The translations under genes and the position numbers were made by a program. This document shows, piece after piece, positions 9,260 through 18,508 of a stretch of DNA of 32,000 nucleotides; position 1 is the first letter of the stretch; each line of letters starts with the position of its first letter. The stretch is from a cyanobacterium endosymbiont of Epithemia turgida isolate EtSB Lake Yunoko (GTDB lineage: Bacteria > Cyanobacteriota > Cyanobacteriia > Cyanobacteriales > Microcystaceae). The DNA is taken from assembly GCF_000829235.1 (NCBI RefSeq), contig NZ_AP012549.1, forward strand, positions 2,670,001 through 2,702,000, read 5' to 3'. The notes beneath the pieces were generated by a model, which did not search any database, had not been told where the DNA came from, and saw nothing but the letters and a program-made list of their open reading frames with translations.

Positions 9260-9586
9260 TTACTCTGATACTTGTTTAAAGGCTTTTAAAAGCAATAAAG
9301 TATTTTCAGGGCGGGAGTTGTAACCCATTAACCTAATGGTCGAAGTTTCTGCATTTACTAAAGCTAAAATTGCAATACCATAGGTTTATAACCTCTATTT
9401 TAATTCTTCCAAACTAAAGACTTTTACAAAAAGTTTAGTTGGTTTATGAACTTCTCCCCCGTAGTAACTATTTATATCTACTCAGTAATGGCTAAAATAT
9501 TCTATGATTCCTACTAAAACCTTATCCTCAGCTTCAACTACCTTTACTAAGGTTGTTTCTGTCCCCGCGCTTATCGTCCTACTCAC
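9260..9586 (-). pseudogene. Relic of a class-V aminotransferase (alanine-glyoxylate / serine-pyruvate aminotransferase type)
   Basis: One minus-strand frame reads VSRTISAGTETTLVKVVEAEDKVLVGIIEYFSHY*VDINSYYGGEVHKPTKLFVKVFSLEELK*RL*TYGIAILALVNAETSTIRLMGYNSRPENTLLLLKAFKQVSE*. It matches family blocks GTG-E..LVN..EPGDKVLV..NGYFG, GGEV....WGEVFSLEELK.AL....P.ILALVHAETSTG and the C-terminal RIGLMG.NSR.ENV. There are three in-frame stops. ETST is fused directly to the C-terminal block, so roughly the middle half of the gene is deleted. Confidence 0.65.
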
Positions 9587-11659
9587 AAAAATAATTAGAA
9601 GGTGATTAGTTTGCTACACGTAGCGCAACAGAGTTTATATTTTGTCTATTAATTGAAGATAGAATGGGTAGAATGACCGGTGGAAAAAAGACTCATGGCT
9701 GCGAGGACACTATGGTTTGCACTAGAGAGTCCAGGGACTGATCAAAAACAGAAAGAAAAGTTACAGGATTAGGGTGCGGAAAAAAATAAGAATATTCACG
9801 GCGATCTTACTTATAAATTTTGATATTATCTCAACTTTAGGAAAAAGTTTATATTACTTAAATAATGATGTTTGTTAACGACAAAGTCACTAAATGTAAG
9901 TTGCAATCATTGTGCCCCTTAATCACAAAAATATTTAAGGTGCATAATGAGCTTTTTTGTTTAAATCGGTAGCTTGGTTAACTGGTTTAAAAATTTTATG
10001 TTTTTATCAATAAAATTTGGTTAAAATAATTTAAAATTTTTTCTATCCTTTCTTATTTTTCTTGCTAAAATAAGTGAAATAATAAATGCAATAAAATTAA
10101 ATGAATTTTAAAAAAATATTTAAATCTTGATGTGTAGTTAGAAAAAAATATATCTACATCAAACCTTAACAAGGTTGCAAAAATACATATAAGATGATTC
10201 ATCTTTATATCTAGTATAAGTAGTTAATATCACTTATACAGAACTTGAGGATTCCAGTCTTTTAAGTATTACTAAATTTTGACACTATGATAAATAAGTT
10301 TTACTGATTTATTAACTCAAATAAATAGCTAATAAAAAGTTAATGCAAGTACTATTTTGGGTTTTACTACTAACATCATATTTCACTAAGTAGAATTTTA
10401 CTATTATGCTAGTAAATTAGAGCAAATATAACCAATTATGACGATTGAAATTTTTATTTTTTTCTTTCATTTAATTGAGGATATCACAATGATTTAGTAA
10501 TACATTGTATTTCATTAATTCTTACAAGATACTTATGAAATAAAGGATTATCTACTTTAGTAGATAATCTTTCTACTGACTCTAATGCTAGATAGTATAT
10601 TGGTAAATATTCCCTAGTAATTTATTTAGTATTTTTTTAAAAATCATGCCATATAGTCCTACATCTTTAGAAAAATAGTCATCAATTAAACTCAGCCATT
10701 TTGTATTCACTTTTTGAGTGTAATTATATACAGGTTATTCCGTTAGTGGTTTGACAAGTTCGTAGACATACGTAGATATGTAATTATTTACAGTCTTGTC
10801 TTACTATAGTAGTTGGTATTTTACAATTTATATCCAAACTTTTCTTTTGATTGACTTCAATCCTACTCTATTTGAATAGAAATACCATATATCTATTTAA
10901 GTTTCTAGATATATTTTGTCTATTTTTTTATTTTTTAATGTAAATCTTTTTTATTCAAGAAGATCTCACTTTCTATATTTTAGTCTTACTCTCTTACAAG
11001 AGTATTTAAACTTTTATGAGTACTTTTATAAGTAATTTATTACTCTTTTATCTTAAACTTTTTAGCAAAATTTTCTTTCTTTCTCTAACGAGCTCTTATT
11101 TATAAGAGTTTTATTATAAATAAAAAATATTGCTATAGCGAGTGCACTTACAAGACACTTTCAAGAATAAATGCTATCTTCTTTATTTTACAGATTTTTT
11201 TAGGTATTCATATTTTAGTTTTAAAACCCTAAAATGCGGTACTAAATAATATTTACCTGAGTATCACTTTTATTTAAGTCATCTTACATTATGAGAGGTT
11301 AATTTTAACAACTGGATTTGGTTTTACTTTGAATAAATCATTTTGAGTAATATAAATTATTCTTTGATTATTTAAGTACAGAAATACAAAATAATTTTCA
11401 TTATTAATGTTTATTTATGGCTGTCTACTTAGGGTAACAGTTTTTATATTTACGAAATATAGAAGTTTATAATATCAGTTAGATTGTTGTCTATTTTTGA
11501 ATAAATTTAAGTTAGTAAATACTACTTACGTAAACAGTACATATAAATAAATTAAAGGTGATTTAAACTGATAGCTTTTAGTGTTTATTCTCCTATATTT
11601 TAAGTACTTATTCTTAACTTCTTCGAAAGTTTATATAACTAGATTTTTTATAATTCAAG

Positions 11660-12043
11660 TTATTTTACGCGACTACAAACCCATTTTCGCAAAGGATGAT
11701 TCGGCTTCAGTTGCTGAATTTTTTTAAGCTGATTTTTAAGACGAACTTTTTGCCGGGGAGAAAGACCACGAATAATATGGCTACTATGCCAAGTCAAAAC
11801 AGCTCCAGTAACTGCAGTACAAAAAAATAAACTAAACGCAGGAAGTAAATTAAAGGCCAATCCATAACGTAGTGCAACCCAAGTAAAATGTTCATGCCAT
11901 AATTCAAATTCTCCCCATAATTTACAAAGAGAAAAAGAACCCAGGGTTAACCAACATAAAATAATAAATAACCAGCGACGACAAAGATTAAGTTGGTATA
12001 AACGTTGAACTTGTTTATTGAGTATAGGATCGGAATGTTTCAT
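11660..12043 (-). CDS. Small membrane protein, function unknown, translationally coupled to the upstream ABC ATPase
   Basis: 127 aa with two or three hydrophobic helices and a basic C-terminus. Its ATG overlaps the ATPase TGA (ATGA at 12040-12043). Confidence 0.55.
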   Translation of the reverse strand: MKHSDPILNKQVQRLYQLNLCRRWLFIILCWLTLGSFSLCKLWGEFELWHEHFTWVALRYGLAFNLLPAFSLFFCTAVTGAVLTWHSSHIIRGLSPRQKVRLKNQLKKIQQLKPNHPLRKWVCSRVK

Positions 12044-12699
12044 TGACTTTCTTGGGACTTAAACATAGCAGTATCCAATGATACTAGGTGTCCTTGGTAA
12101 ATCTTCCAACAACGATCAGCGATCGTAAATAACTCTCCTGGATCATGACTTACAACTAACAAAGTCCAGTTTCCTTTCAGTTTAGATAGCAACTTAGCTA
12201 AATGATGGCGCATAGACCAATCTAACCCAGCCGTGGGCTCATCTAAGAGCAGTAAATTGGGTTGGCGAATTAGCTGAACGGCTAAAGCTAGCCTACGCTG
12301 TTGTCCGCCACTGAGGGCATGGGGAGACTGATTCAAGGGAATATGTTCTAATCCTACTTCTTGTAAAGCAGTTTTGATGCGCTCAGAAAGAATTTCTGGA
12401 TGTCCTAGACGTAATTCTTCTAAGATGGTGCTACCACAAAAATGCCGTTGGGGAAACTGAAAAACCAACCCTCCTAATTGTTGTAATTCTAGAGATGTAA
12501 GTTCCTGATCTCTCCAGAAAATTTTCCCTCCGGTTTTTTCAGCCAACCCGGCTATTATTTCTAATAATGTTGTTTTTCCTGAACCACTCGGACCAATGAT
12601 TAAACCTAATTCTTGAGGAGCAAGTTCTAGGTTAGCCTCCTTCAGAATAGGGTTCAAGGTTGCTGGGGGATGATAAATCACATTTTTAAGATAGAGCAT
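12040..12699 (-). CDS. ABC transporter ATP-binding protein (EcfA/CbiO-like)
   Basis: 219 aa. Walker A GPSGSGKTTLL, signature LSGGQQRRLALA, Walker B LLLLDEPTAGLD and H-loop VSHD are all present. Confidence 0.85.
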   Translation of the reverse strand: MLYLKNVIYHPPATLNPILKEANLELAPQELGLIIGPSGSGKTTLLEIIAGLAEKTGGKIFWRDQELTSLELQQLGGLVFQFPQRHFCGSTILEELRLGHPEILSERIKTALQEVGLEHIPLNQSPHALSGGQQRRLALAVQLIRQPNLLLLDEPTAGLDWSMRHHLAKLLSKLKGNWTLLVVSHDPGELFTIADRCWKIYQGHLVSLDTAMFKSQESQ

Positions 12700-12836
12700 T
12701 CAAACAGCAAAGTATAAACTTATACTAAAGACAATTTAAAATTATTCTTTCATTTTGACAGATTTTTGCTAGCATCAATATTAATACTCAGTGTCTATCA
12801 TTAGAATTATAATTTTGTGTTGTTAGGAGTGAGGCT

Positions 12837-13751
12837 ATGATAGCGCGATTCATTAGAGTTGAACAGATGTCTCTGTCTATATCAGTGGCCTGTGCGGTTG
12901 CCTTGAGTATTTTGGGAAGTCCTTCTTTAGCTGGCGACCCCTTCCGCAAGGATAATCCTCGTAACATTGGCGGTCAAACAGAAGCAGCTTTTATCGCTGT
13001 CTTTCATGAAGGAAATTATTCTAAAGCTCAAATCTATCTCAAAGAAGCGGTTGAGACAGAAGCTAATGAACCCTTAGCTCATGCTATGCGGGCATCGTTA
13101 GCTTATTCTGATGGAGATTTAGGGTCCATGAATACTTATGCCCAACAAACATTAAAAGCTGCTCAACAACTGATCAATAAAGATCCCTTACGAGGGAATC
13201 TTTATTTAGCTGTGGGACATTTTCTTGAAGGAGCTCATACGTTTAAAACAAAAGGGGCTATTGGAGCAGTCAATAAACTTCCACAGGTGTTTAGTTATCT
13301 TGATGAGGCAGAAAAACAAGCCCCGAATGATCCTGAATTAAATTTGCTTAAAGGCTATCTTGACTTAATTCTAGCTGTTAACTTACCTTTTTCTAGTCCC
13401 GAAGATGCGATCACTCGTTTTGAACGATATGCAGCCCCTGATTATATGGTCAGTAGAGCCCTATCTGCTGCCTATCGAGATTTAAAAGACTATGATAAGG
13501 CTCTAGAATCTATTGATCAAGCATTAGAAAGTAATACTGAAAACCCTGAAGTTCAGTATCTTAAAGGTCAAATTCTTCTTAATATTGGTATTAAAAATCA
13601 AAATTTAGAGAATCTTCAAGAGGCTTTTACTTATTTTGAACAGGCAATGATTAAGGTAGAACAATTGCCGATTTCTGTGCAAATTTCTCTGCGCCACGAT
13701 CACAAGAAGGTACAACTGGAAATGGATAAACTAGCGACTCAACCAAATTAA
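12837..13751 (+). CDS. Secreted helical-repeat (TPR-like) protein, function unknown
   Basis: 304 aa with a signal-like segment SISVACAVALSILGSPSLAG, followed by helical repeats with Y/A/L periodicity. An alternative start is at 12867. Confidence 0.6.
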   Translation: MIARFIRVEQMSLSISVACAVALSILGSPSLAGDPFRKDNPRNIGGQTEAAFIAVFHEGNYSKAQIYLKEAVETEANEPLAHAMRASLAYSDGDLGSMNTYAQQTLKAAQQLINKDPLRGNLYLAVGHFLEGAHTFKTKGAIGAVNKLPQVFSYLDEAEKQAPNDPELNLLKGYLDLILAVNLPFSSPEDAITRFERYAAPDYMVSRALSAAYRDLKDYDKALESIDQALESNTENPEVQYLKGQILLNIGIKNQNLENLQEAFTYFEQAMIKVEQLPISVQISLRHDHKKVQLEMDKLATQPN

Positions 13752-14065
13752 TGACAGACTTTTTGGGATCATCAAAAATCAATCATCTTTTTTTGTTAGT
13801 AGAAGTAGTGGCGACCACAGCTTTAACTTTTGGTGTTTATCAGACTAGCAGAGCATCTTTGCCCGAAGGGTTTACTAACCTTAACCTTTCAAATCTGAAC
13901 AATATCCAGGTTATCTCTACGCCACTTGTCGCTGCCAAAGAACATTATTTGAAGCAGCCAATTGCAGTGATAAAAACTTTATCACTGCTCCAGTGGGAGC
14001 CCGTTGTCCTAACAGTATCTTGGAAGGTAGGGGAACCTCCTCGAGTAACACTGGAGTTGCACTAG
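13751..14065 (+). CDS. Hypothetical protein (104 aa), possibly the truncated head of a longer decayed gene
   Basis: The start overlaps the preceding stop (TAATG). It has one hydrophobic helix and no recognisable motif. Protein-like ORF fragments continue downstream in other frames. Confidence 0.35.
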   Translation: MTDFLGSSKINHLFLLVEVVATTALTFGVYQTSRASLPEGFTNLNLSNLNNIQVISTPLVAAKEHYLKQPIAVIKTLSLLQWEPVVLTVSWKVGEPPRVTLELH

Positions 14066-14452
14066 GTGTCTTTTCTGTACCGCACTATAGATATCAGTCT
14101 CTCAAAAATTGCCCAACCCAAAATCCCAAAATATTGAGGTAGAAGATATACCTCCAACGATGGTGGTTAATATTGGGCTACAAGAAAATTCTAGTTACCA
14201 GAGGTTTCAGGAAAATCTGAAACGTTTGATCGACTAGCTACGACAACACTAGCAATGTCGAGTTATTGGTACTTCGTCGTTTTTTCTATGACGGAGCTCA
14301 CATACCTGATGCAGTTAAACACGGTGACATTTAGATTCTCATTAAATTGGAAGAATTTTAAATTTATTGGCACTTATTTACATAATCACCCATCATTATC
14401 ATTACTGATGATCTCGTTTAACGGATCAATTAACAACTAATTACCGAATTTA

Positions 14453-15277
14453 TTGATAACTGTGAAAGTTTTTATTTTACTGATTTTTCTAGTATTCACT
14501 CAGGTTTCCGGAGATATATTACTCAGTCTAGGCATGAATAATTTTGGTATTTTTGAGTTTTCCAATCCCTTAATTATACCTCACTTAATTAGTTACATTT
14601 TAACTAATGTTTGGATTATTTTGGGCATTACTGTTCTAATTATTTCATTGGTTCTTTATCTGACGGCAATTTCTAATCTAGATTTGAGTTATGTATTACC
14701 TATTCACGCATCAAGTTATGTTTTGAACGGGGTATTTGCTTGGTTAATTCTGGACGAAAAAATTTCTATCATGCGATGGTTAAGTACTTTATTAATTGCT
14801 TTTGGTGTATTTTTTGTTGGGTTAAGTGATAGTAAAACCGCCCAGGTTTCTCCTAATAGAAATATAACTCCCCAAAATTTTCCTTTATTTCTATTTCCAT
14901 TAAATGCAGTAATTTCTAAATCTTGGTTAGTAGTTTTAGGAATTTCTGTATCAGATTCTGCAGGAGATTTGCTCTTAGCACTGGGAATGAAAAAAATAGG
15001 TAAAATAGAGAATTTAACTTTTAAATCTATGGTTGAATTAGTGATTAAAATTATTACTAATCCTATGATTATTAGTGGTATTGCCTGTCAGGGAATTGCC
15101 TTTTTTTGTTTTATAATTGTGTTGACTTGGTTGGATATTAGTTTTGTTCGTCCTGCAACAGCTTTAACTTATCTTATAAGCATGTTTGGAGCTAAATATA
15201 TTTTACAAGAAGATATTAAAGAACGTAAATTAATTGGCATTACTCTAATTGGGTTAGGTATATTAGTACATAGCTAA
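14453..15277 (+). CDS. EamA/DMT-superfamily membrane transporter
   Basis: 274 aa starting at TTG, about 9-10 TM segments in two similar halves, each ending in a G-rich helix. This is consistent with the drug/metabolite transporter fold. Confidence 0.6.
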   Translation: MITVKVFILLIFLVFTQVSGDILLSLGMNNFGIFEFSNPLIIPHLISYILTNVWIILGITVLIISLVLYLTAISNLDLSYVLPIHASSYVLNGVFAWLILDEKISIMRWLSTLLIAFGVFFVGLSDSKTAQVSPNRNITPQNFPLFLFPLNAVISKSWLVVLGISVSDSAGDLLLALGMKKIGKIENLTFKSMVELVIKIITNPMIISGIACQGIAFFCFIIVLTWLDISFVRPATALTYLISMFGAKYILQEDIKERKLIGITLIGLGILVHS

Positions 15278-16606
15278 TGCTACTATTTAAGTCACCAACT
15301 TCACTAACCTTAAGAGATAATACTATATTAGGTAGTTCTGAGCTCTAGATTGAAGTGACAGAGAAAACGAGACTAAATTCAAGTTTTTTTGTGTTAATTA
15401 CAGTTTATATAGACAGTTAATAAGTTACTGTATTACTAATTTCTGTTTTTACTAAAGGTACTATTTTTTAAGAGATATATTCTCTAACCTATGAAACTAT
15501 AGGTATTCGTAATATTTTCAGCATACTTTATTATTAACAATAAAATCTGTATAAAGAGATTAACTATAGATCTAAGTAATTTAGATTTTTCTGTACATTT
15601 TTATACTTTAAAGGTTTTTATTTATTTTATTGATTCAGATCTTATCAGCTAGATATTATAAAATTATAATAAATAAGCAAAATTTAAAAGTATTGCTTGG
15701 CGATGTATTCAATAATTATAAAAATCAGATTTTTATAGTAATCAAGTTTTTATAATTATTAGATACACTCCGAATAATATTTTTAGAAATGATTGGCTAC
15801 TCATTATTATTATTACTCTCGATCACTTTTATCTCAATCTGAATCTAAATCTTTTTATTTTTGCTAAATATTTTAGGTTTAAATCAAACTTAGGTAATTG
15901 AAGAATAGCAGTTCAGCTTTTATCAAAAAATATGGTAGTCAACCTGGAAAGGTTATGGCAAAGTCTGACTAATTTATAGATATAAATAGTCATAAATCAA
16001 TATATTTTGATAATTTAATCGTGAGCTTTCTTTAAAAGATTAATTATATTGAACTCTTGTATCATAAATTAAAGTATAAACAGAGATCTTTATTAACTTT
16101 TTAAATCTGAGCTTCAATGCCACTATTATTCCTGAATAAATGATGTCATCGATGATAAAATTTTTATTGCTGTGCCAGATATTTAACCTTTTTGACTAAA
16201 GAATATTTTTACTTATTGGTGAGGTGATATAAGTCCTTAATTTAAATATAAATTAAGAGAACTGTCTGACTAGAAGGATAATTGAATCTAGATAAACGAT
16301 GAATAATTCTTGCTTGTAGTATTTTAAAATTTTATTTAGACACTCTATCAGCATTAACAACTATTTAGTTAATCTTACGAAGAATTGAATTTTAAGATTT
16401 AGTCCAACTTGTTTTGACTCTTGATAAAGACTTGTCGTTTTCTAGTATTTTCTTTTATTGTTTTAATTCTTCTGGGTTTATTATATAATTCTAGGTAGTT
16501 AGCTAAATAGTACTTATCTGATTTAATACACCAAGTTTTTAAAATATCTAGTAAATGTGTAGATAATTTATCCTTCATTAAAATTTTGAAATCTGTCTGA
16601 GCTAAT

Positions 16607-16644
16607 TTGTTATCGAGCATAATAACTATTATGCTCGATAACAA
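16607..16644. repeat. 38-bp palindrome (18-bp perfect arms, 2-nt centre)
   Basis: ttgttatcgagcataata (16607-16624), centre ac, tattatgctcgataacaa (16627-16644), verified base by base. It supplies the apparent ATG of the 81-aa ORF at 16399-16644. Confidence 0.95.
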
Positions 16645-17336
16645 GAGAAGTTTCTTTATATATTTGATATATTTATTAATAATAGTACCTTAGACAAACT
16701 AGCCACTTTATTTGTTTGGATTTAATCCTATATATACTAATATAGTATTAATTGTATAAACCTGTAAAGGATAAAAAAACTGAAGTTAAATTAACATATT
16801 GTAATTTACATATTATCAATAAAATTGACTACATTTCAATTGCAATATTAGAGTTTGAAATCATATATTATTTATTTTAAACAATAAACTTATTTAGTTA
16901 TTTACTCAATAAATATAGGTTCTAATACACAAATTACGGCTGAGGTATCATAATTTATTTTTTTTTCCTGGGTAATCTATACCAAGTATGTATACTAATA
17001 CATTACTTTTCTTCAAAAAAAAATGTAATAAAATTCTATTTTCCATGAGTGTCTTACTATGATTTTTTATATTTTTTAAAAAAGTTAAATTGCTCCATAA
17101 ATATAAATAGGAGTTAACGTAATCGACTAGTAGCAATTATGTACAATTGTAATTTTCAATAAACTCTTTTATTTAAAACCCTATGTTTTTAGTATTTATA
17201 TATTATTTTAAATAGAAATGGATAAATAGTTATTTAATTAACGACTTTGATTTACTTAGTTTTTGAGAATTAAAATTTTGGGGTAAAGATTTTAGTTCCA
17301 AGTTTCTATATACAACTTCTATTTATTTTTTGATTT

Positions 17337-17717
17337 TTACTTCGTTAATAAAAGTGAGGATAATCTTTTTAACCTAAATTTCGTCACATAACAGTTAGCA
17401 TAAAGTTCGTAACTGTAAAAAGTCTCTACCTCACTACCATCGGTACTTAAAACTACCACTGGAATGTGTTTTAAATATTAATTTTGATTTCTGCTAGAAC
17501 TTTTCAACTATTTGTTTGTAAAAAATCAATATCTAGGATAATCGAGTCAGGATGGAGATCCTAAGTAAACTCTTCTTGTTATTGTAAATGGTCTATTGCA
17601 TCTGTGCAATCACTCACGACGATTTGTGAGAAACTGTGCTAGTTTTTCACACTTCTTAGATCAAATAAACATCAGTCTTACTATCCTCAACCAACAGAAT
17701 AATCTTATTGGATTCAT
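17337..17717 (-). pseudogene. Decayed CheY-like response regulator (Rcp1-like single receiver domain)
   Basis: The minus strand reads MNPIR, then ILLVEDSKTDVYLI*EV*KTSTVSHK. A shifted frame reads IVVSDCTDAIDHLQ*QEEFT*DLHPDSIILDI, followed by LKHIPVVVLSTDGSEVETFYSYELYANCYVTKF. This is collinear with the receiver domain of Synechocystis Rcp1 as I recall it (ILLVEDSKAD..LI.EVLKTS...LILLDLNLP...IPVVVLTTS...SYEL.VNCYLTK). It carries at least 3 frameshifts and at least 6 in-frame stops. Confidence 0.78.
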
Positions 17718-18235
17718 ATTATCCTGCGATCACGCTTGCCTTCTCCTACAGGTCTAGTCAAATAGAATGTTGATGCCTGTCTAAATTCTGCCTAAACCCA
17801 AACACGTCCTCGATGGTATTCCAGAATTTTTTTAACAATTGCCAGGCTCATTTCTTTCCCTGAAAATCTATCATGGATATATTTTTAAACACAAATATAT
17901 CCATGATACTGAACTTAATGTAATGCTAATTTAAATATCTCTTATCAAGAAAACTCATAACACTCTAATTTTTGGCTAAGATTATGAATCTTTGTCGTTT
18001 TTTTGGCTAAGGAACTTAAAAACGTTGCTGATTAAATTGAGAAATAGTTGTATTAACTGGGCATAATCAGCCATAGCTGTCAGTAATAAATTATGGGAAT
18101 GATAACCTCTGTTTGATGAATACTTCCTCTTAGGTTAGCAATTGTTCGTTATAAAGAGATTGCTGCTTCAGCTAATGCAAATTTAATCACCCGCATATGA
18201 CAACAATATATCCCCCTTAAAATAACTCAAAACCA
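17714..18235 (-). pseudogene. Decayed sensor histidine kinase, C-terminal HATPase region still readable
   Basis: The minus strand reads LTAMADYAQLIQLFLNLISNVFKFLSQKN (N-box). After frameshifts it reads KIHNLSQKLECYEFS, then KYIHDRFSGKEMSLAIVKKILEYHRGRVWV*AEFRQASTFYLTRPV (G-boxes and C-terminus). Its TGA overlaps the ATG of the regulator pseudogene (ATGA), an operon-like junction. The 5' part beyond about 18235 is unreadable. Confidence 0.72.
17869..17908. repeat. Perfect 16-bp-stem hairpin inside the kinase pseudogene
   Basis: tatcatggatatattt (17869-17884) pairs with aaatatatccatgata (17893-17908) around an 8-nt loop. Both arms lie in formerly coding sequence (QYHGYI / KYIHDR). Confidence 0.95.
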
Positions 18236-18472
18236 AATATTTTTCTTTTATATTTAGTTATGGACTATGATTTGGTAAAAAATATAGATATAATCTTTTT
18301 TATTTTCATTATTTCAGTTTGGCGTTAACTTAACCACTCATAATACACTCAATTATTATTAATAATAATTGTCTTTGTTTTTGTTTTATCTCCTTATTTA
18401 TTTAAAGTATTTTTTAAAATTTATCTTTATTTAGGAAATAGATCAATTCTGATCCTCACTTTCATTCGTTGT

Positions 18473-18508
18473 TATAAATGGTAATTTTTAAAAAATTTAC
18501 CATTTATA
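18473..18508. repeat. Near-perfect 36-bp palindrome
   Basis: tataaatggtaa (18473-18484) pairs with ttaccatttata (18497-18508). The 12-nt middle, tttttaaaaaat, is itself almost self-complementary. Confidence 0.85.

Noticed and set aside
9664-9780. Riboswitch or sRNA interpretation of the GC-richer island
   Set aside because: I found no convincing conserved stem set and no known riboswitch core motif by eye. It is kept only as an unexplained island in the findings.
11130-11148. 19-nt motif ttgctatagcgagtgcact, whose reverse complement matches 26041-26059 (agtgcgctcgctatagcaa) with one mismatch
   Set aside because: The flanks do not align. My rough estimate puts a 19-mer with one mismatch somewhere in a 32-kb window at borderline significance. 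It is worth a genome-wide count but is not supportable as an element from this window alone.
16255-16310. Possible third, more diverged copy of the hisIE-flanking repeat (gagaactgtctgactagaag...)
   Set aside because: It shows only patchy similarity to the gagagctgtctatttcagaa part of copy B, and the flanks do not align. The evidence is too weak without a computed alignment.
16399-17136. Track ORFs 16399-16644 (81 aa) and 16948-17136 (62 aa) in the largest spacer
   Set aside because: Both are lysine/asparagine/leucine-rich and low-complexity. The start codon of the first is created by the arm of the 38-bp palindrome. I could assign no family. They are treated as debris rather than genes.
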